DNA from: Candidatus Woesearchaeota archaeon
Lineage (GTDB): Archaea > Nanobdellota > Nanobdellia > Woesearchaeales > GW2011-AR9
Length of the DNA: 64,000 bases
Assembly: GCA_018696595.1 (NCBI GenBank)
Contig: JABHQW010000008.1
Span: 38,484 to 102,483, forward strand
Direction of reading: 5' to 3'
The notes under the pieces were generated by a model. That model saw only the letters and a list, made by a program, of their open reading frames with translations, made no database searches and was not told the DNA's origin. Position numbers and translations under genes: made by a program. Position 1 is the stretch's first letter; every line of letters starts with the position of its first letter. Shown here in pieces: positions 1 to 9,619 of the stretch.

Positions 1-597
1 AACACCTTTTTCTGGGACAACACATAAAACTTGTTCATCCTCATAAAGAACATGACCATTTTCATAAACTTCTTTTAGAAAACTTGGTTGTTCGCCATTC
101 CCAGTATGCCAACTCATTGGATTTCTTTTGAAATGGTTGCCCATCATGATTGGGAAATTGTTTTGCAAAACTTTTAATTTTTCATCTTCTAAAGTTTCTT
201 TTTGTTTCCAGAAAAAATTGAAGAACCCATCGCCTTGATCTCTTGGAAAAATGTGCATTAAAAAATGTCCTGCTTGTTGTCCTGCTACTCCGCCAGAAGC
301 AATAAAAACATTGCATGAGGTTGTGACCATAGCCTTTTTAACAGCTTCACACATTCCGGGAACTAAACCAAATAAATGTTTGAATTCTTCTTGTGGCATA
401 TAAGGAAGAATAGGATAATGTTCTTTTGGTAAGAATAAAGTGTGCCCTTTGATTGCTGGATAAATATCAACCATTGCAACTGTAACGTCATCTTCAAAAA
501 CTTTCTTTGCTTCCATTTCTCCGGAGATCAATTTACAGAAGATACATTGTTTCTTTTGCTCTTGTAATTGAGCTTTCATTTCTGGTGTAAGATTCAT
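1..597 (-). CDS. HIT (histidine triad) family-like protein, truncated by the left window edge. It is absent from the supplied ORF track because it runs off the end.
   Basis: Own translation from ATG 597-595 on the minus strand: MNLTPEMKAQLQEQKKQCIFCKLISGEMEAKKVFEDDVTVAMVDIYPAIKGHTLFLPKEHYP...GHFLMHIFPRDQGDGF... The frame stays open to nt 1. This fits the HIT N-terminal pattern (CxFCkI..ge....vfEDd...a..Di.P...GH.L..PK.H). A second HIT-like start (YENGHVLYEDEQVLCVVPEKGV) follows at nt 60-1. Confidence 0.6.
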   Translation of the reverse strand, partial: MNLTPEMKAQLQEQKKQCIFCKLISGEMEAKKVFEDDVTVAMVDIYPAIKGHTLFLPKEHYPILPYMPQEEFKHLFGLVPGMCEAVKKAMVTTSCNVFIASGGVAGQQAGHFLMHIFPRDQGDGFFNFFWKQKETLEDEKLKVLQNNFPIMMGNHFKRNPMSWHTGNGEQPSFLKEVYENGHVLYEDEQVLCVVPEKGV

Positions 598-600
598 TTT

Positions 601-1116
601 TTATTTTAAGATTATTTTATGTCTTTCTTGAAGATCACTTAATAACACTTCCAATTTAGAGACATAAGGAATGGTATCATCAAAACCATTACAACATTTG
701 ATTAATTCTATGTTCCCTTGACCTTTTAAATAAGTATCATCTCCCCCAACTAAATAAATATATCCATGGCTTTTAATAGTTTTTTGATTAACACCATCAA
801 GAGTTATAGGAAAACTGTGTTTTCTCTTTATTCTTGTAGGATATCTCAAATTTGTTCCTTCATTTGATAATACTGCTTTCAACAAAGCAACACTACCAAA
901 TTCTGTAAGATAAATAATCCCCTCATCGTTAGATTTTATAGGGCCATCAAAATCACAATGAGAACCGTGTAACAAAAGTTGATGTTCAATATTTAGATAA
1001 TCTAAAAAATCTTCAACTAATAAGCCCCCTTTTCTTAATTCATCTAAATCATCAGAACTAATTACAGTGCCATTTTGAAAATCATGTTGACCCATAAATT
1101 GATTGAATTTTTCCAT
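601..1116 (-). CDS. hypothetical protein (171 aa)
   Basis: Long ORF co-directional with and tightly packed against its neighbours. No domain recognised. Confidence 0.5.
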   Translation of the reverse strand: MEKFNQFMGQHDFQNGTVISSDDLDELRKGGLLVEDFLDYLNIEHQLLLHGSHCDFDGPIKSNDEGIIYLTEFGSVALLKAVLSNEGTNLRYPTRIKRKHSFPITLDGVNQKTIKSHGYIYLVGGDDTYLKGQGNIELIKCCNGFDDTIPYVSKLEVLLSDLQERHKIILK

Positions 1117-1166
1117 CTTCTATCTAGAACACCCACAACCACAAAATAATAAATTAAAAAAGAAAT

Positions 1167-2087
1167 TTACTTCTTCTTGCTTTTCTCAACTTCTTTAGTT
1201 AACTTCAACTTCTTAATCAGTTCTTTATACCGATTTCGAATAGTTACTTCAGTAACTCCAGCAACATCAGCAACTTCTCTTTGAGTTCGTTTCTCACCAT
1301 GAATAAGACTAGCAACATAAAGTGCAGCCGCAGCAATTCCAGTTGGACCCCTACCAGAAGTTAATTCAATATCTCGAGCATGTTCAAGAATCTCAACAGA
1401 CTTACTTTGAGTTTCTGCTGATAATTTCAAAGCAGAAGCAAACCGAGGGATATAATCTGCAGGATTTGAAGGTTTAATACTGATTTCTAGTTCTCTAGTA
1501 ACAAATCTGTAAGTTCGACCAATTTCTTTCTTCTCAATACCAGAAGCCTCACCCATTTCATCTAAAGTTCTAGGAACTTCATGTCTTCGACATGCTGCGT
1601 ATAAAGCACCAGCAACAACTGATTCCATGCTTCGGCCACGAACAAGACCTTTCTGAACAGCTTGCCTATATATTCTAGCAGCCTCTTCTTCAACTGATTT
1701 AGGTAATTTTAAGAATGAACTTACTCTTTTAAGTTCAGCTAAAGCAACTTTTAAGTTTCTTTCAATTGCAGTACTAATTCTGATATTCCATTTTCTTAAT
1801 CTAAAGAATCTGTCCCTTTCCCGATCTGAGCTTAATTTATAGAAATCTGAGGTATTCCCGACTTCAGTGCCTAAACCCTGATCAAAAGAAGTTTCTGAAG
1901 TTGGAGCTCCAGTTCTACGTTTAGTATTAGCATCATCTTCAAATGTACGCCATTCTTGGCCAAAGTCAACCATTCTGTCCTCAATAACTAACCCGCAATC
2001 TCTACAAATAGTTTCGCCTTTCTCTCGATCTCCAAATATATTCTTACTAGCACATTCAGGACATTCCTTCAGTTGTTTCCTTATCAT
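1167..2087 (-). CDS. tfb: transcription initiation factor IIB (TFB)
   Basis: N-terminal Zn ribbon CPECASKN...CRDCGLV, then two cyclin-like repeats (RGRSMESVVAGALYAACR / GRGPTGIAAAALYVASL). SD AGGTGA (complement of 2095-2100) sits 7 nt upstream of the ATG. Confidence 0.95.
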   Translation of the reverse strand: MIRKQLKECPECASKNIFGDREKGETICRDCGLVIEDRMVDFGQEWRTFEDDANTKRRTGAPTSETSFDQGLGTEVGNTSDFYKLSSDRERDRFFRLRKWNIRISTAIERNLKVALAELKRVSSFLKLPKSVEEEAARIYRQAVQKGLVRGRSMESVVAGALYAACRRHEVPRTLDEMGEASGIEKKEIGRTYRFVTRELEISIKPSNPADYIPRFASALKLSAETQSKSVEILEHARDIELTSGRGPTGIAAAALYVASLIHGEKRTQREVADVAGVTEVTIRNRYKELIKKLKLTKEVEKSKKK

Positions 2088-2222
2088 TTTTGAGTCACCT
2101 TTAGTATAGAACTATCACCGTGTAATCGTTACATTTAAATATAAATTGCAACACCTCTTTATAAATGTTTCGGTAAAGCAACCCCAAACAGTCATTTTTT
2201 CTAAACTTAAACAGCCGATACC

Positions 2223-2230
2223 TTTATATA
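2223..2230 (+). promoter_or_regulatory. TATA box (TTTATATA) for the small ORF at 2254
   Basis: TTTATATA ends 23 nt upstream of ATG 2254. This is the same geometry seen at many first genes in the window. Confidence 0.45.
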
Positions 2231-2253
2231 CTAAAAAGTAAACTCTCCAGACT

Positions 2254-2400
2254 ATGAAACTTACAAAAAGAGGTCAGTTAGGAATCATCGAATTTAAATA
2301 TTTCATGGTGGGATTAGTTGTTGGAATAATTATTGCATTAGTCTTAGTTTATCTTGGAACCGCAGAAATTTTACCATTTAAAATTCCATTAGTCTGCTGA
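2254..2400 (+). CDS. small membrane protein (48 aa) with a class III (pilin-like) signal-peptide-like N-terminus
   Basis: Own translation: MKLTKRGQLGIIEFKYFMVGLVVGIIIALVLVYLGTAEILPFKIPLVC. A basic K-R-G-Q head precedes a hydrophobic helix. A TATA box lies at -24. The ORF is below the track's length cutoff. Confidence 0.35.
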   Translation: MKLTKRGQLGIIEFKYFMVGLVVGIIIALVLVYLGTAEILPFKIPLVC

Positions 2401-2528
2401 TAGAAATCAACTAGTTCTTTGTTTTTTAGATTATAATAGTTTTTAAAACCAATTAATATATCCCTGACAATAGAAAACGTTATAACTGAATTCTTTTTAA
2501 TTAAACTACAAAAAACGAGGTACATACA

Positions 2529-3050
2529 ATGGATGTAGAAAGAATTCAAAAAGTTAACAATCTTGCTCTTGATTTAATGAAACAAGGCCTAGCACAAGAC
2601 CGGGAAGAAGCAGTAACTAAAGCCGAAGAGATTTTTAAAGAAAGAGATACAGAAGATTATGCTAATATTAGAGAAACAATGCAAGAAGGTAAAGAAAAGA
2701 CAGAAGAACCAACACCAGAAACTCCCAAATCAGAACTATCTGAAGATAAAATTAAAGATATCCTGGGGAAAAACACACAGTTTATTATTAAAACATTCAA
2801 AGAATTTCAAGGGAAGTTAGATTCTATGCAAAGAGAAATTGAGTTTCTAAGAAATACTTCTGGAAGAAGCTCTGCGGTTAAACAGATTGTAACTAATGAA
2901 GTTAAAGACGTCCCCCCACCAGTACAAGAACCAAAATCAGAAGTAACTCAAGAACAAAAACCGGCTAGTCAAGAGAGCCATCCACGTTCTGGAGATTATA
3001 AGGAAAACGACGTTTCAATTGAAAAATTCTTCTATATGGGCAATAAATAA
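2529..3050 (+). CDS. hypothetical charged (E/K-rich) protein
   Basis: 173-aa ORF. SD GAGGT lies 8 nt upstream (acGAGGTacatacaATG) and a T-run terminator follows. Confidence 0.55.
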   Translation: MDVERIQKVNNLALDLMKQGLAQDREEAVTKAEEIFKERDTEDYANIRETMQEGKEKTEEPTPETPKSELSEDKIKDILGKNTQFIIKTFKEFQGKLDSMQREIEFLRNTSGRSSAVKQIVTNEVKDVPPPVQEPKSEVTQEQKPASQESHPRSGDYKENDVSIEKFFYMGNK

Positions 3051-3053
3051 GCC

Positions 3054-3075
3054 CTTTTTATTCTCTTTGTTTTTC
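3054..3075 (+). terminator. oligo-T archaeal terminator candidate
   Basis: Two T5 runs immediately after stop codon 3048-3050. Confidence 0.4.
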
Positions 3076-3124
3076 TTAACTGTTTACTGACGAAAAACAC
3101 CTTATTTCTAAAGTATAGTCTGCA

Positions 3125-3134
3125 GTATATAAAT
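3125..3134 (+). promoter_or_regulatory. TATA box (GTATATAAAT) for the surface-protein operon
   Basis: Ends 25 nt upstream of ATG 3159, implying a leaderless transcript. Confidence 0.5.
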
Positions 3135-3158
3135 CTTTAAAAAACAAATTGACTACTC

Positions 3159-4670
3159 ATGAATAAAAACTCTGTGGGGTGGGTTAAAATTAAACTAAAA
3201 ATACTTATTGGATTACTAGCAATTATACTTTTTATTAGTTCTTTTTCTGCTTTTGCAGATGCGCCTTTCGCAACAACAGGCATAGAAATCACTGAAAATG
3301 AAATTACAATAGACGTTGATTATGAAAAATTCAATGACGACAATCAAGATACTATTTCAGTTTTAACAAATCAGATTACAGTTAAAAACAATAACCCAAC
3401 AGAAGTAAAAATCCTCTTAGATGTTTCTAATTTACCTTCTGACTATTCTTCTGAAAGCCAAGAACTAACAATTGCAGGAAATGCAAGCGTTAATGCTAAC
3501 TTAAATCTTAATGTACCCCATGAAGAAGAACCAGGAAACTCAACTATTGGAGATGTAGTTGTTTTGGGCGAAGGCAACGTTGAATTAGACAAAGCAACCT
3601 TAACTCAAGAAACTAAATCAATGTTAGAAATGACTCATATAAAAGTGAAATACTACATTGAAGCAGAAAATGAAGAGTCAGATTCATTTGATTCCGATAC
3701 GGAAGACTCTTTTGAATTGGATGAAAAAGTTCAAGTTTATAGTGAAATCACATTAGAAATTAAAATTAAAAACTTGTTAGATGATAAATACGATGTTGAT
3801 ATCGATAATGTTAAACTAACTATTGAAGCAGATGATAATGACTTATTTGAAAGCGGCTTTGATGAAGAATACGAATTAGATAACTTAAAAGGAGAAGAAA
3901 AAATAGAAGAAACAATCACATTTATGATCGATGAAGAAGCTGATGTAAAAGAATATACTTTAGAACTTACCTTGGAAGGAGAAGATGAAGAAGGGATAGA
4001 ATACAAACTTAAGAAAGAAATCACGTTTGAATTAGAAAGTAAAAAAGATGACATTCGGATTTTAAATGTTGAAACAGTTCCTGAAGAAATTACTCTTTGT
4101 GAAAGTCAAGTGACTTATTCCGTTTCTTTAAAGAATCTGGGACATAAAGACCAAAAATATGTTGCCTTATCCATTTTCAATGAAGAACTTAAGATTAATG
4201 AGAATATCCAAACAATAAATCTTGAAGAACATGGCGATGAAGATTCTTGGGACAAAGAATTCACCCTTAACTTAAAAAATGTAAAAGCTAAAGATTACGA
4301 TTTAGACATTACTACCTATGTAGACAACGATGAACCTGTTGATTATGAACGGTTCAAGTTAGTTATAGGTAAGTGTATTAAAGAAACAGTTGAAAAAGTT
4401 GAAGTTAAAGAAGTGTCTAAAGAAGAAGAGATTGTAGAATCAGTTACAGAAGTAATTGTTAGTAACTTAGACACAGAACAAAACAACAAAGAAACAGTAA
4501 CAACAACTACCTCAACAAACCAAGAGGGAGATCTTATTTCTTCATCTGCGGTTGTTGAAACAGTAGAAGACTCTTATAGCAAAGAAGACTTTATTGTAGG
4601 AGTTATGTTAGTTGCCATTGTGATGATCTTAATTTTGATCATTGTATTCTTTGTAGTATTACTAAAATAA
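3159..4670 (+). CDS. secreted acidic surface protein with C-terminal TM anchor (CARDB/Ig-like repeats likely)
   Basis: N-terminal signal/TM (KLKILIGLLAIILFISSFSAFA). Very D/E-rich body with beta-sandwich-like segments (VTYSVSLKNLGHKDQKYVALSIFN). A Thr-rich linker (TVTTTTSTNQ) precedes the terminal TM helix, which ends in K. Confidence 0.7.
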   Translation: MNKNSVGWVKIKLKILIGLLAIILFISSFSAFADAPFATTGIEITENEITIDVDYEKFNDDNQDTISVLTNQITVKNNNPTEVKILLDVSNLPSDYSSESQELTIAGNASVNANLNLNVPHEEEPGNSTIGDVVVLGEGNVELDKATLTQETKSMLEMTHIKVKYYIEAENEESDSFDSDTEDSFELDEKVQVYSEITLEIKIKNLLDDKYDVDIDNVKLTIEADDNDLFESGFDEEYELDNLKGEEKIEETITFMIDEEADVKEYTLELTLEGEDEEGIEYKLKKEITFELESKKDDIRILNVETVPEEITLCESQVTYSVSLKNLGHKDQKYVALSIFNEELKINENIQTINLEEHGDEDSWDKEFTLNLKNVKAKDYDLDITTYVDNDEPVDYERFKLVIGKCIKETVEKVEVKEVSKEEEIVESVTEVIVSNLDTEQNNKETVTTTTSTNQEGDLISSSAVVETVEDSYSKEDFIVGVMLVAIVMILILIIVFFVVLLK

Positions 4671-4716
4671 GAGACGTGATAGTTGTTAAAAATTAAAGTT
4701 AATTGAGGTTAAAAAA

Positions 4717-7700
4717 ATGAAATATGGAAAAACATTACTGATTTTGTTCATCTTACTTGCAGCCCTATTTGTTACTGCAAAAGCAGCTTTAGGTGCAGTA
4801 GTAGTTGATGAAATTGAAGATCAAACTGCAGTAGAAGGAGTAGAGTTTGAACTACCCGTCACCGCACACAACGAAAATAACATTAATGTAGAGATATTTT
4901 CGATCTCTCAAGCAGATTCTATATTAGAATGGCTAGGTTTAAAAAACGATGCGGAAGGTAATCTTCGTATCCTTTATGAAACACCAGAAAGCAATAATAT
5001 TGGAACTAAAGAAATTTCGGTTGTAGTTAATGATGGAGTAGATTTATCTGAAGCTGAAACATTCAACTTAACAGTTAAACCCGCATTAGAAATTACCCAA
5101 ATCACAATTGGCGGAAAAGTTTGGGATGGAGAATCAGAAGTAAATGTAACTCCCGGACAGAATGTAGAAGTTAAAGTCGAGTTTGTGAATAATTTTAACC
5201 AAGACATGGGACATGTTGACTTAGAAGCCAATACAAATCCAAATATTAATGAAGAATATTCAGTTGAACCTGGTGTTTGTGAAGGAGTAGATTGTAATGA
5301 TGGAGATTGGTATTTAGGAAAGGAAAATGGTAAAGGAGAAGATGAATTTATTTTTCAAGTACCCTACATTATTGGTGAAGAATTTGATCTAAGCATCGAA
5401 ACAACATATGATGATTTCTTATTATTTAATTGGTTCCCCTGGTTAGAGGGATTCTTTGATAATTATAAATACGAAAAAATCATCACATTCAACGTAGAAA
5501 AAGATTTAGCAGACATTTACTTAGATGAAGATGAAGAATTCACATTCTTGTATGATGAAGAATTAACTTGTGTAAAATCAACAGATTTAACATTACATCT
5601 ATTCAACACTGGAGAAGAAATAATTACTCCCGAATTATTAATTTATAATAAAGAAGGAAATAATTTTAATTCTGTAACTGGTAAATTTTCTAGTTTCACT
5701 GGAGGAGAACCAGCAATTAACATTGCAGAAGATTTAATCCCAATTGCTCCAGGAGATGACCCTTCGCTTGATTACGAGGATGTTGAAGGATTAAGATTAA
5801 ACCTAACAGCACTTGAAGAAGGAGACCACACTTTGTATGTTTACATTGTAAACCCATACTTTGATGGTGAAACAAAACACATTGCTGGATTTACAACCTT
5901 TGATGTAACAGTAGGACCTTGTTTAAATGTTGAAGCAATTGAAGAAGTTTTAACAATGAGTAAAGGTGGAGATGCACCAGAGAGTATTAATTTCTTTGAA
6001 GTTAATGCAGATAACGAATATATTTACATCTTTGAAGATTACAAGATTGATGAAGTAGAACAAGTGTACGAAGATATCTTAACTTTCAATTTTGTTGAAG
6101 ACAATGAAGAAGAAGGAATCTTTGGCCAAAGTAACTTAGATTTGATTTCTTGTAGTGTTATAGACAACGTTTTAAGTTGTTTAAAACCAGTAGATAACGA
6201 AGCAGGAAGTTCAGAACTATTAATTGAAGTTACTGCAGACACTTACCCTTCAGTTGTTGAAGAAACAGTTGAAGTAACTGTTGGAAACACTTTAGAAGTA
6301 ACTGAAGTAAAGATTAATGGAGTTTCTGTTGAAGAAGATGGAGAAAGTGTTTCTTTAGAACCATTACAAGAAACAAAGTTTCAGGTTACTTTTAAGAACC
6401 ATTTAGACCATTACGTAACAAATGTTGGTATGATGGTTTTTGTTGAAGGAGAAATGTTGTTAATAACAGGAAATGGTGAAAGTGTTAATATTGCACCAGG
6501 AAGTACAAAAACAATAACTTTAACAGACAACTTACCAAAAGACATTGTTAGTAACATTTATCCAACAGACATTTTACTTGCGGGTGAAGATGAATTAAAT
6601 AATGAAGAAATACAAAGTGATTTATTTAGTTTTAATTTAGTAGTAGAACTAGACCCTAATAACTTAATAATCTCAAAAGCAGAAATTGAAGAAGATGACT
6701 TAGAGATTATCTGTAAAACTGAAGTGAATCTTTTCTTAGAACTTACCAATACTGGAAGTAATACAGAAAAAGATGTAATCATTAGCTTGTTAGGAAACGA
6801 CTTAGATTGGTCAAGTTATATGACTAATGAAGAAGGAGAAATCGAAGGAGAATTGATTACAATAAAAAGTGCTAAAGTTTGGGGAGATAATGAGAATGGA
6901 GAAGAAGGACATTTCATAATCCCAACAGATGGATTCCATGTAGGAGAAAATACAATTACTATTGAAGTAAAATATACTGGATCAACAAGTAAAGACGGAG
7001 CATTACATAAAGAAACTGAACAAGTTACCATTAACAAAGCTTCATGTATTGCAGAAGAAATTCCAGAACATGACTTTTGGGTTCTAGCTAATGATATGAC
7101 AATTAGTGACCCAGTAGAAATTCCAAATGGTTTAGAGATTGTCTTAGCAGAAGAAGGTTATGATAGTGAAGTTGTTTGGTATGTAAATGATGAGGAAGAA
7201 ACAGAAGGACCAACAGACAACACATACGATTTCTCATCCGATGTTGATGGAGAATATGAAATCTATGCAATGATTGGCGGAGAAAAAAGTATGGTCTGGA
7301 CAATCTTTGTAACTGGTGTACCAATCTCAGATTCTGGATTATTCCCAGAAGATTACTTTGAAGATAAAGACGCTGGAAACGTAGAAGACTTTACTGTTGA
7401 AAATGGTTTTGGTAAAATTGTTTTTAATGAAGCAGTAAATCTAAACAGTATCTTAAACATCGATGAAGTGATTAGTATTACTAATGGACAAGTTTCTGTT
7501 GATGCTGATTTTGCAATAGAATTAGATGTTCCAGCAACAATTACTTTGAAAAAAGAATTCAGCCAACATGTAATTTTGTTAGCAGAAGAATATATTGACA
7601 ACGAAAATATTAACTTTGCTCTTTGTCCAGAAGATGTTTGTCAGGGAATAAGCAATGACAATGGAGAATTTGTTTTCACAGTTCCTGGATTTTCAACTTA

Positions 7701-8973
7701 CAAAGTAGTAGAAAATAAAGAAGCAAACTTCGAAGTGGCTGATGTTATTATTGCAGATGTTGATAGAGGAGATAATACTAGTGTTGAAGTAACTATTAAC
7801 AATGTAGGGGTTCTAGACTCCATTACTGGGGTTACCGTTGAATTAGAAGACTTTAGCAGTGATTACAGCGCAGTATTATCTGACAACATTCCAAGTACAG
7901 TTAAAGCTGGAGAGAACTTCAAAGTAACTTTAGACTTAGCTGTCCCAGATGATGAAAACTCTGGCCAACATAAAGTTGGTAAGATTAAAGTTTCTGGTCA
8001 GAAGAACGGCGAAGCAGTTTCCACCACAGCAAATGTTTACTTAAACCCAATCAGTCACTTAAGTATTGAAAGTGTTAAGTTAAATGGTAAAACTAGTGGA
8101 GATTTATCTGTTGATGAAGATAATGAATTCAAAGTAAAAGTGCAAAACGATTACACTGAAGATTTAGAAGATGTTGTTGTTACTGTAACAGTTTTAGATG
8201 TTGACAATGATGACATTGAAGAAGAATCTGATGAATTTGATCTAAACAATGGAGATGATGACACAGTAGAAATTACTTTTGACTTATCTGGAGAGGAACT
8301 AGAAGACGATACTTATGATGTTGAAATCAAAGTTGAAGGAGAAGCAGATGACGGAAGTGAACATGAGACTATTGAAATCATTACTGTAGACGTTGAAAGA
8401 GAAGATCATAAAGTTGTGATTAAAGAAGTTGACTTAAGTGCTAGCTTTGTAGAATGTAGCAGACATTCAACATTAGAAGTTACCGCAGAGAATGTTGGTA
8501 ATAAGAATGAAGATGTTGAAGTAACTGTTAAGAACACTGCTCTTGGCTTAGAAGAAACTAAAGAAATGGATTTAGACAAGTACTCTGGAAGTGATCCAAA
8601 GGACAATGTTAAGTTCTTCTTAGATTCTTTCTTAGCTGACGCTGATGCAGGATCTTACCCATTAACCATTGAAGTTAGGTTCGATGATGGTGATGAGAAA
8701 GAAACTGAAAGTGTTACTATTGAAGTTAAAGACTGTGGCACAACTAGTAGTGCTTCTCAAGGACAGAACCAGTTAGCTGATGATTTGTTAGCACTGCAAT
8801 TACAACAGCAGTTACAAGACCAGTTAAACGCACAAAAAACAACTGTGGGAAAAAGTTCAGTTCAGTCTTCATTCAGAGAAAGTAATACCTACACATTATT
8901 GTTAGGAGTACTAATTGTCTTAGTATTGTTCGCAATGATCTTGGCTATTGCAGTAATGATGAAGAAGAAGTAA
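4717..8973 (+). CDS. giant (1418 aa) acidic secreted surface protein/adhesin or S-layer candidate with C-terminal TM anchor
   Basis: Signal peptide MKYGKTLLILFILLAALFVTAKAALG. Repeated Ig/CARDB-like modules (e.g. VEVTINNVGVLDS, EVTAENVGNKNEDVEVTVKN). A Q-rich linker is followed by the TM helix LLLGVLIVLVLFAMILAIAVMMKKK. Confidence 0.8.
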   Translation: MKYGKTLLILFILLAALFVTAKAALGAVVVDEIEDQTAVEGVEFELPVTAHNENNINVEIFSISQADSILEWLGLKNDAEGNLRILYETPESNNIGTKEISVVVNDGVDLSEAETFNLTVKPALEITQITIGGKVWDGESEVNVTPGQNVEVKVEFVNNFNQDMGHVDLEANTNPNINEEYSVEPGVCEGVDCNDGDWYLGKENGKGEDEFIFQVPYIIGEEFDLSIETTYDDFLLFNWFPWLEGFFDNYKYEKIITFNVEKDLADIYLDEDEEFTFLYDEELTCVKSTDLTLHLFNTGEEIITPELLIYNKEGNNFNSVTGKFSSFTGGEPAINIAEDLIPIAPGDDPSLDYEDVEGLRLNLTALEEGDHTLYVYIVNPYFDGETKHIAGFTTFDVTVGPCLNVEAIEEVLTMSKGGDAPESINFFEVNADNEYIYIFEDYKIDEVEQVYEDILTFNFVEDNEEEGIFGQSNLDLISCSVIDNVLSCLKPVDNEAGSSELLIEVTADTYPSVVEETVEVTVGNTLEVTEVKINGVSVEEDGESVSLEPLQETKFQVTFKNHLDHYVTNVGMMVFVEGEMLLITGNGESVNIAPGSTKTITLTDNLPKDIVSNIYPTDILLAGEDELNNEEIQSDLFSFNLVVELDPNNLIISKAEIEEDDLEIICKTEVNLFLELTNTGSNTEKDVIISLLGNDLDWSSYMTNEEGEIEGELITIKSAKVWGDNENGEEGHFIIPTDGFHVGENTITIEVKYTGSTSKDGALHKETEQVTINKASCIAEEIPEHDFWVLANDMTISDPVEIPNGLEIVLAEEGYDSEVVWYVNDEEETEGPTDNTYDFSSDVDGEYEIYAMIGGEKSMVWTIFVTGVPISDSGLFPEDYFEDKDAGNVEDFTVENGFGKIVFNEAVNLNSILNIDEVISITNGQVSVDADFAIELDVPATITLKKEFSQHVILLAEEYIDNENINFALCPEDVCQGISNDNGEFVFTVPGFSTYKVVENKEANFEVADVIIADVDRGDNTSVEVTINNVGVLDSITGVTVELEDFSSDYSAVLSDNIPSTVKAGENFKVTLDLAVPDDENSGQHKVGKIKVSGQKNGEAVSTTANVYLNPISHLSIESVKLNGKTSGDLSVDEDNEFKVKVQNDYTEDLEDVVVTVTVLDVDNDDIEEESDEFDLNNGDDDTVEITFDLSGEELEDDTYDVEIKVEGEADDGSEHETIEIITVDVEREDHKVVIKEVDLSASFVECSRHSTLEVTAENVGNKNEDVEVTVKNTALGLEETKEMDLDKYSGSDPKDNVKFFLDSFLADADAGSYPLTIEVRFDDGDEKETESVTIEVKDCGTTSSASQGQNQLADDLLALQLQQQLQDQLNAQKTTVGKSSVQSSFRESNTYTLLLGVLIVLVLFAMILAIAVMMKKK

Positions 8974-8981
8974 CTTCTTTC

Positions 8982-9000
8982 TTTTTATTTTTTATTTTTT
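8982..9000 (+). terminator. oligo-T terminator candidate
   Basis: T5, T6 and T6 runs directly after stop codon 8971-8973. Confidence 0.5.
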
Positions 9001-9078
9001 ATAATTTTCTATTTATTTTTCTAAACATCACTAAAAAACCATAACAAATATAAACAATCTAATTATTTTCCAACCTAA

Positions 9079-9618
9079 ATGATTCTTGGAACAGATAAAG
9101 TAAAGAAACTAATTGATGAAGAAAAGCTAATTGAAGATCTTTGTGAACGTGAATTAAACAACCCGGAAAGTATTGTTATCGATTTAAGACTAAACAAACT
9201 ATTCAAACTTAAAGGGAAAGGTTTTCTAGGCATAGATGAACGACAGACACCCGAAGCAGAAGAAATTATTAGTTATCATCCAGAAGAGAAAAGATCTTAT
9301 ATCATAAAACCAGGAGAATATCTTATCGCAGAAACTATTGAAAAGATTAATGTTCCAAAAGATGTTTTCGTTCTATTTAAACCAAGAACAACATTACACA
9401 GAATGGGCATTATCATGCGAGGAACAATTGCAGATCCCGGCTTTGGCGGAATATTGCATCCAGCAATTTATAATGCTGGCCCTTGTGAAGTAGAAATAGA
9501 ATTAGGAGCAAGATTCTTCCAATGCTTCTTTGTTAAAATTGATGGTGAATCTGTTTCTTACAGAGGCCAATGGCAAGGTGGCAGAGTTTTCACAGAAGAA
9601 AAGGAGAAACAGGTTTAA
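9079..9618 (+). CDS. dcd: dCTP deaminase / dUTPase-fold enzyme
   Basis: 179 aa. Family-like pattern ...VLFKPRTTLHRMGI...GTIADPGFGG... TATA AAATATAAAC lies about 25 nt upstream. Confidence 0.75.
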   Translation: MILGTDKVKKLIDEEKLIEDLCERELNNPESIVIDLRLNKLFKLKGKGFLGIDERQTPEAEEIISYHPEEKRSYIIKPGEYLIAETIEKINVPKDVFVLFKPRTTLHRMGIIMRGTIADPGFGGILHPAIYNAGPCEVEIELGARFFQCFFVKIDGESVSYRGQWQGGRVFTEEKEKQV

Positions 9619-9619
9619 A

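Noticed and set aside
2349-2549. 66-aa minus-strand ORF from the track.
   Set aside because: It spans a plus-strand terminator and promoter region and overlaps two plus-strand ORFs that have their own TATA and SD signals. Its composition looks non-coding.
3737-8606. Numerous 60-105-aa minus-strand ORFs inside the two surface-protein genes (3737-4054, 4974-5231, 6039-6242, 6558-6782, 6816-7037, 7103-7324, 7353-7601, 8406-8606).
   Set aside because: They are S/L/I/F-rich translations of the antisense of GAA/GAT/GTT-rich coding sequence. They are fully nested in long, well-supported plus-strand CDSs and have no promoter or SD signals.
3159-8973. Acidic proteome as a sign of a halophile.
   Set aside because: Only the two secreted proteins are strongly acidic. 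Cytoplasmic enzymes in the window are Lys-rich and typical of an AT-rich non-halophilic genome.
9530-9619. N-terminal extension of the trmI ORF given in the track (start 9530).
   Set aside because: It would overlap the dcd 3' end by 89 nt. ATG 9620, 1 nt after the dcd stop, gives a typical TrmI N-terminus.
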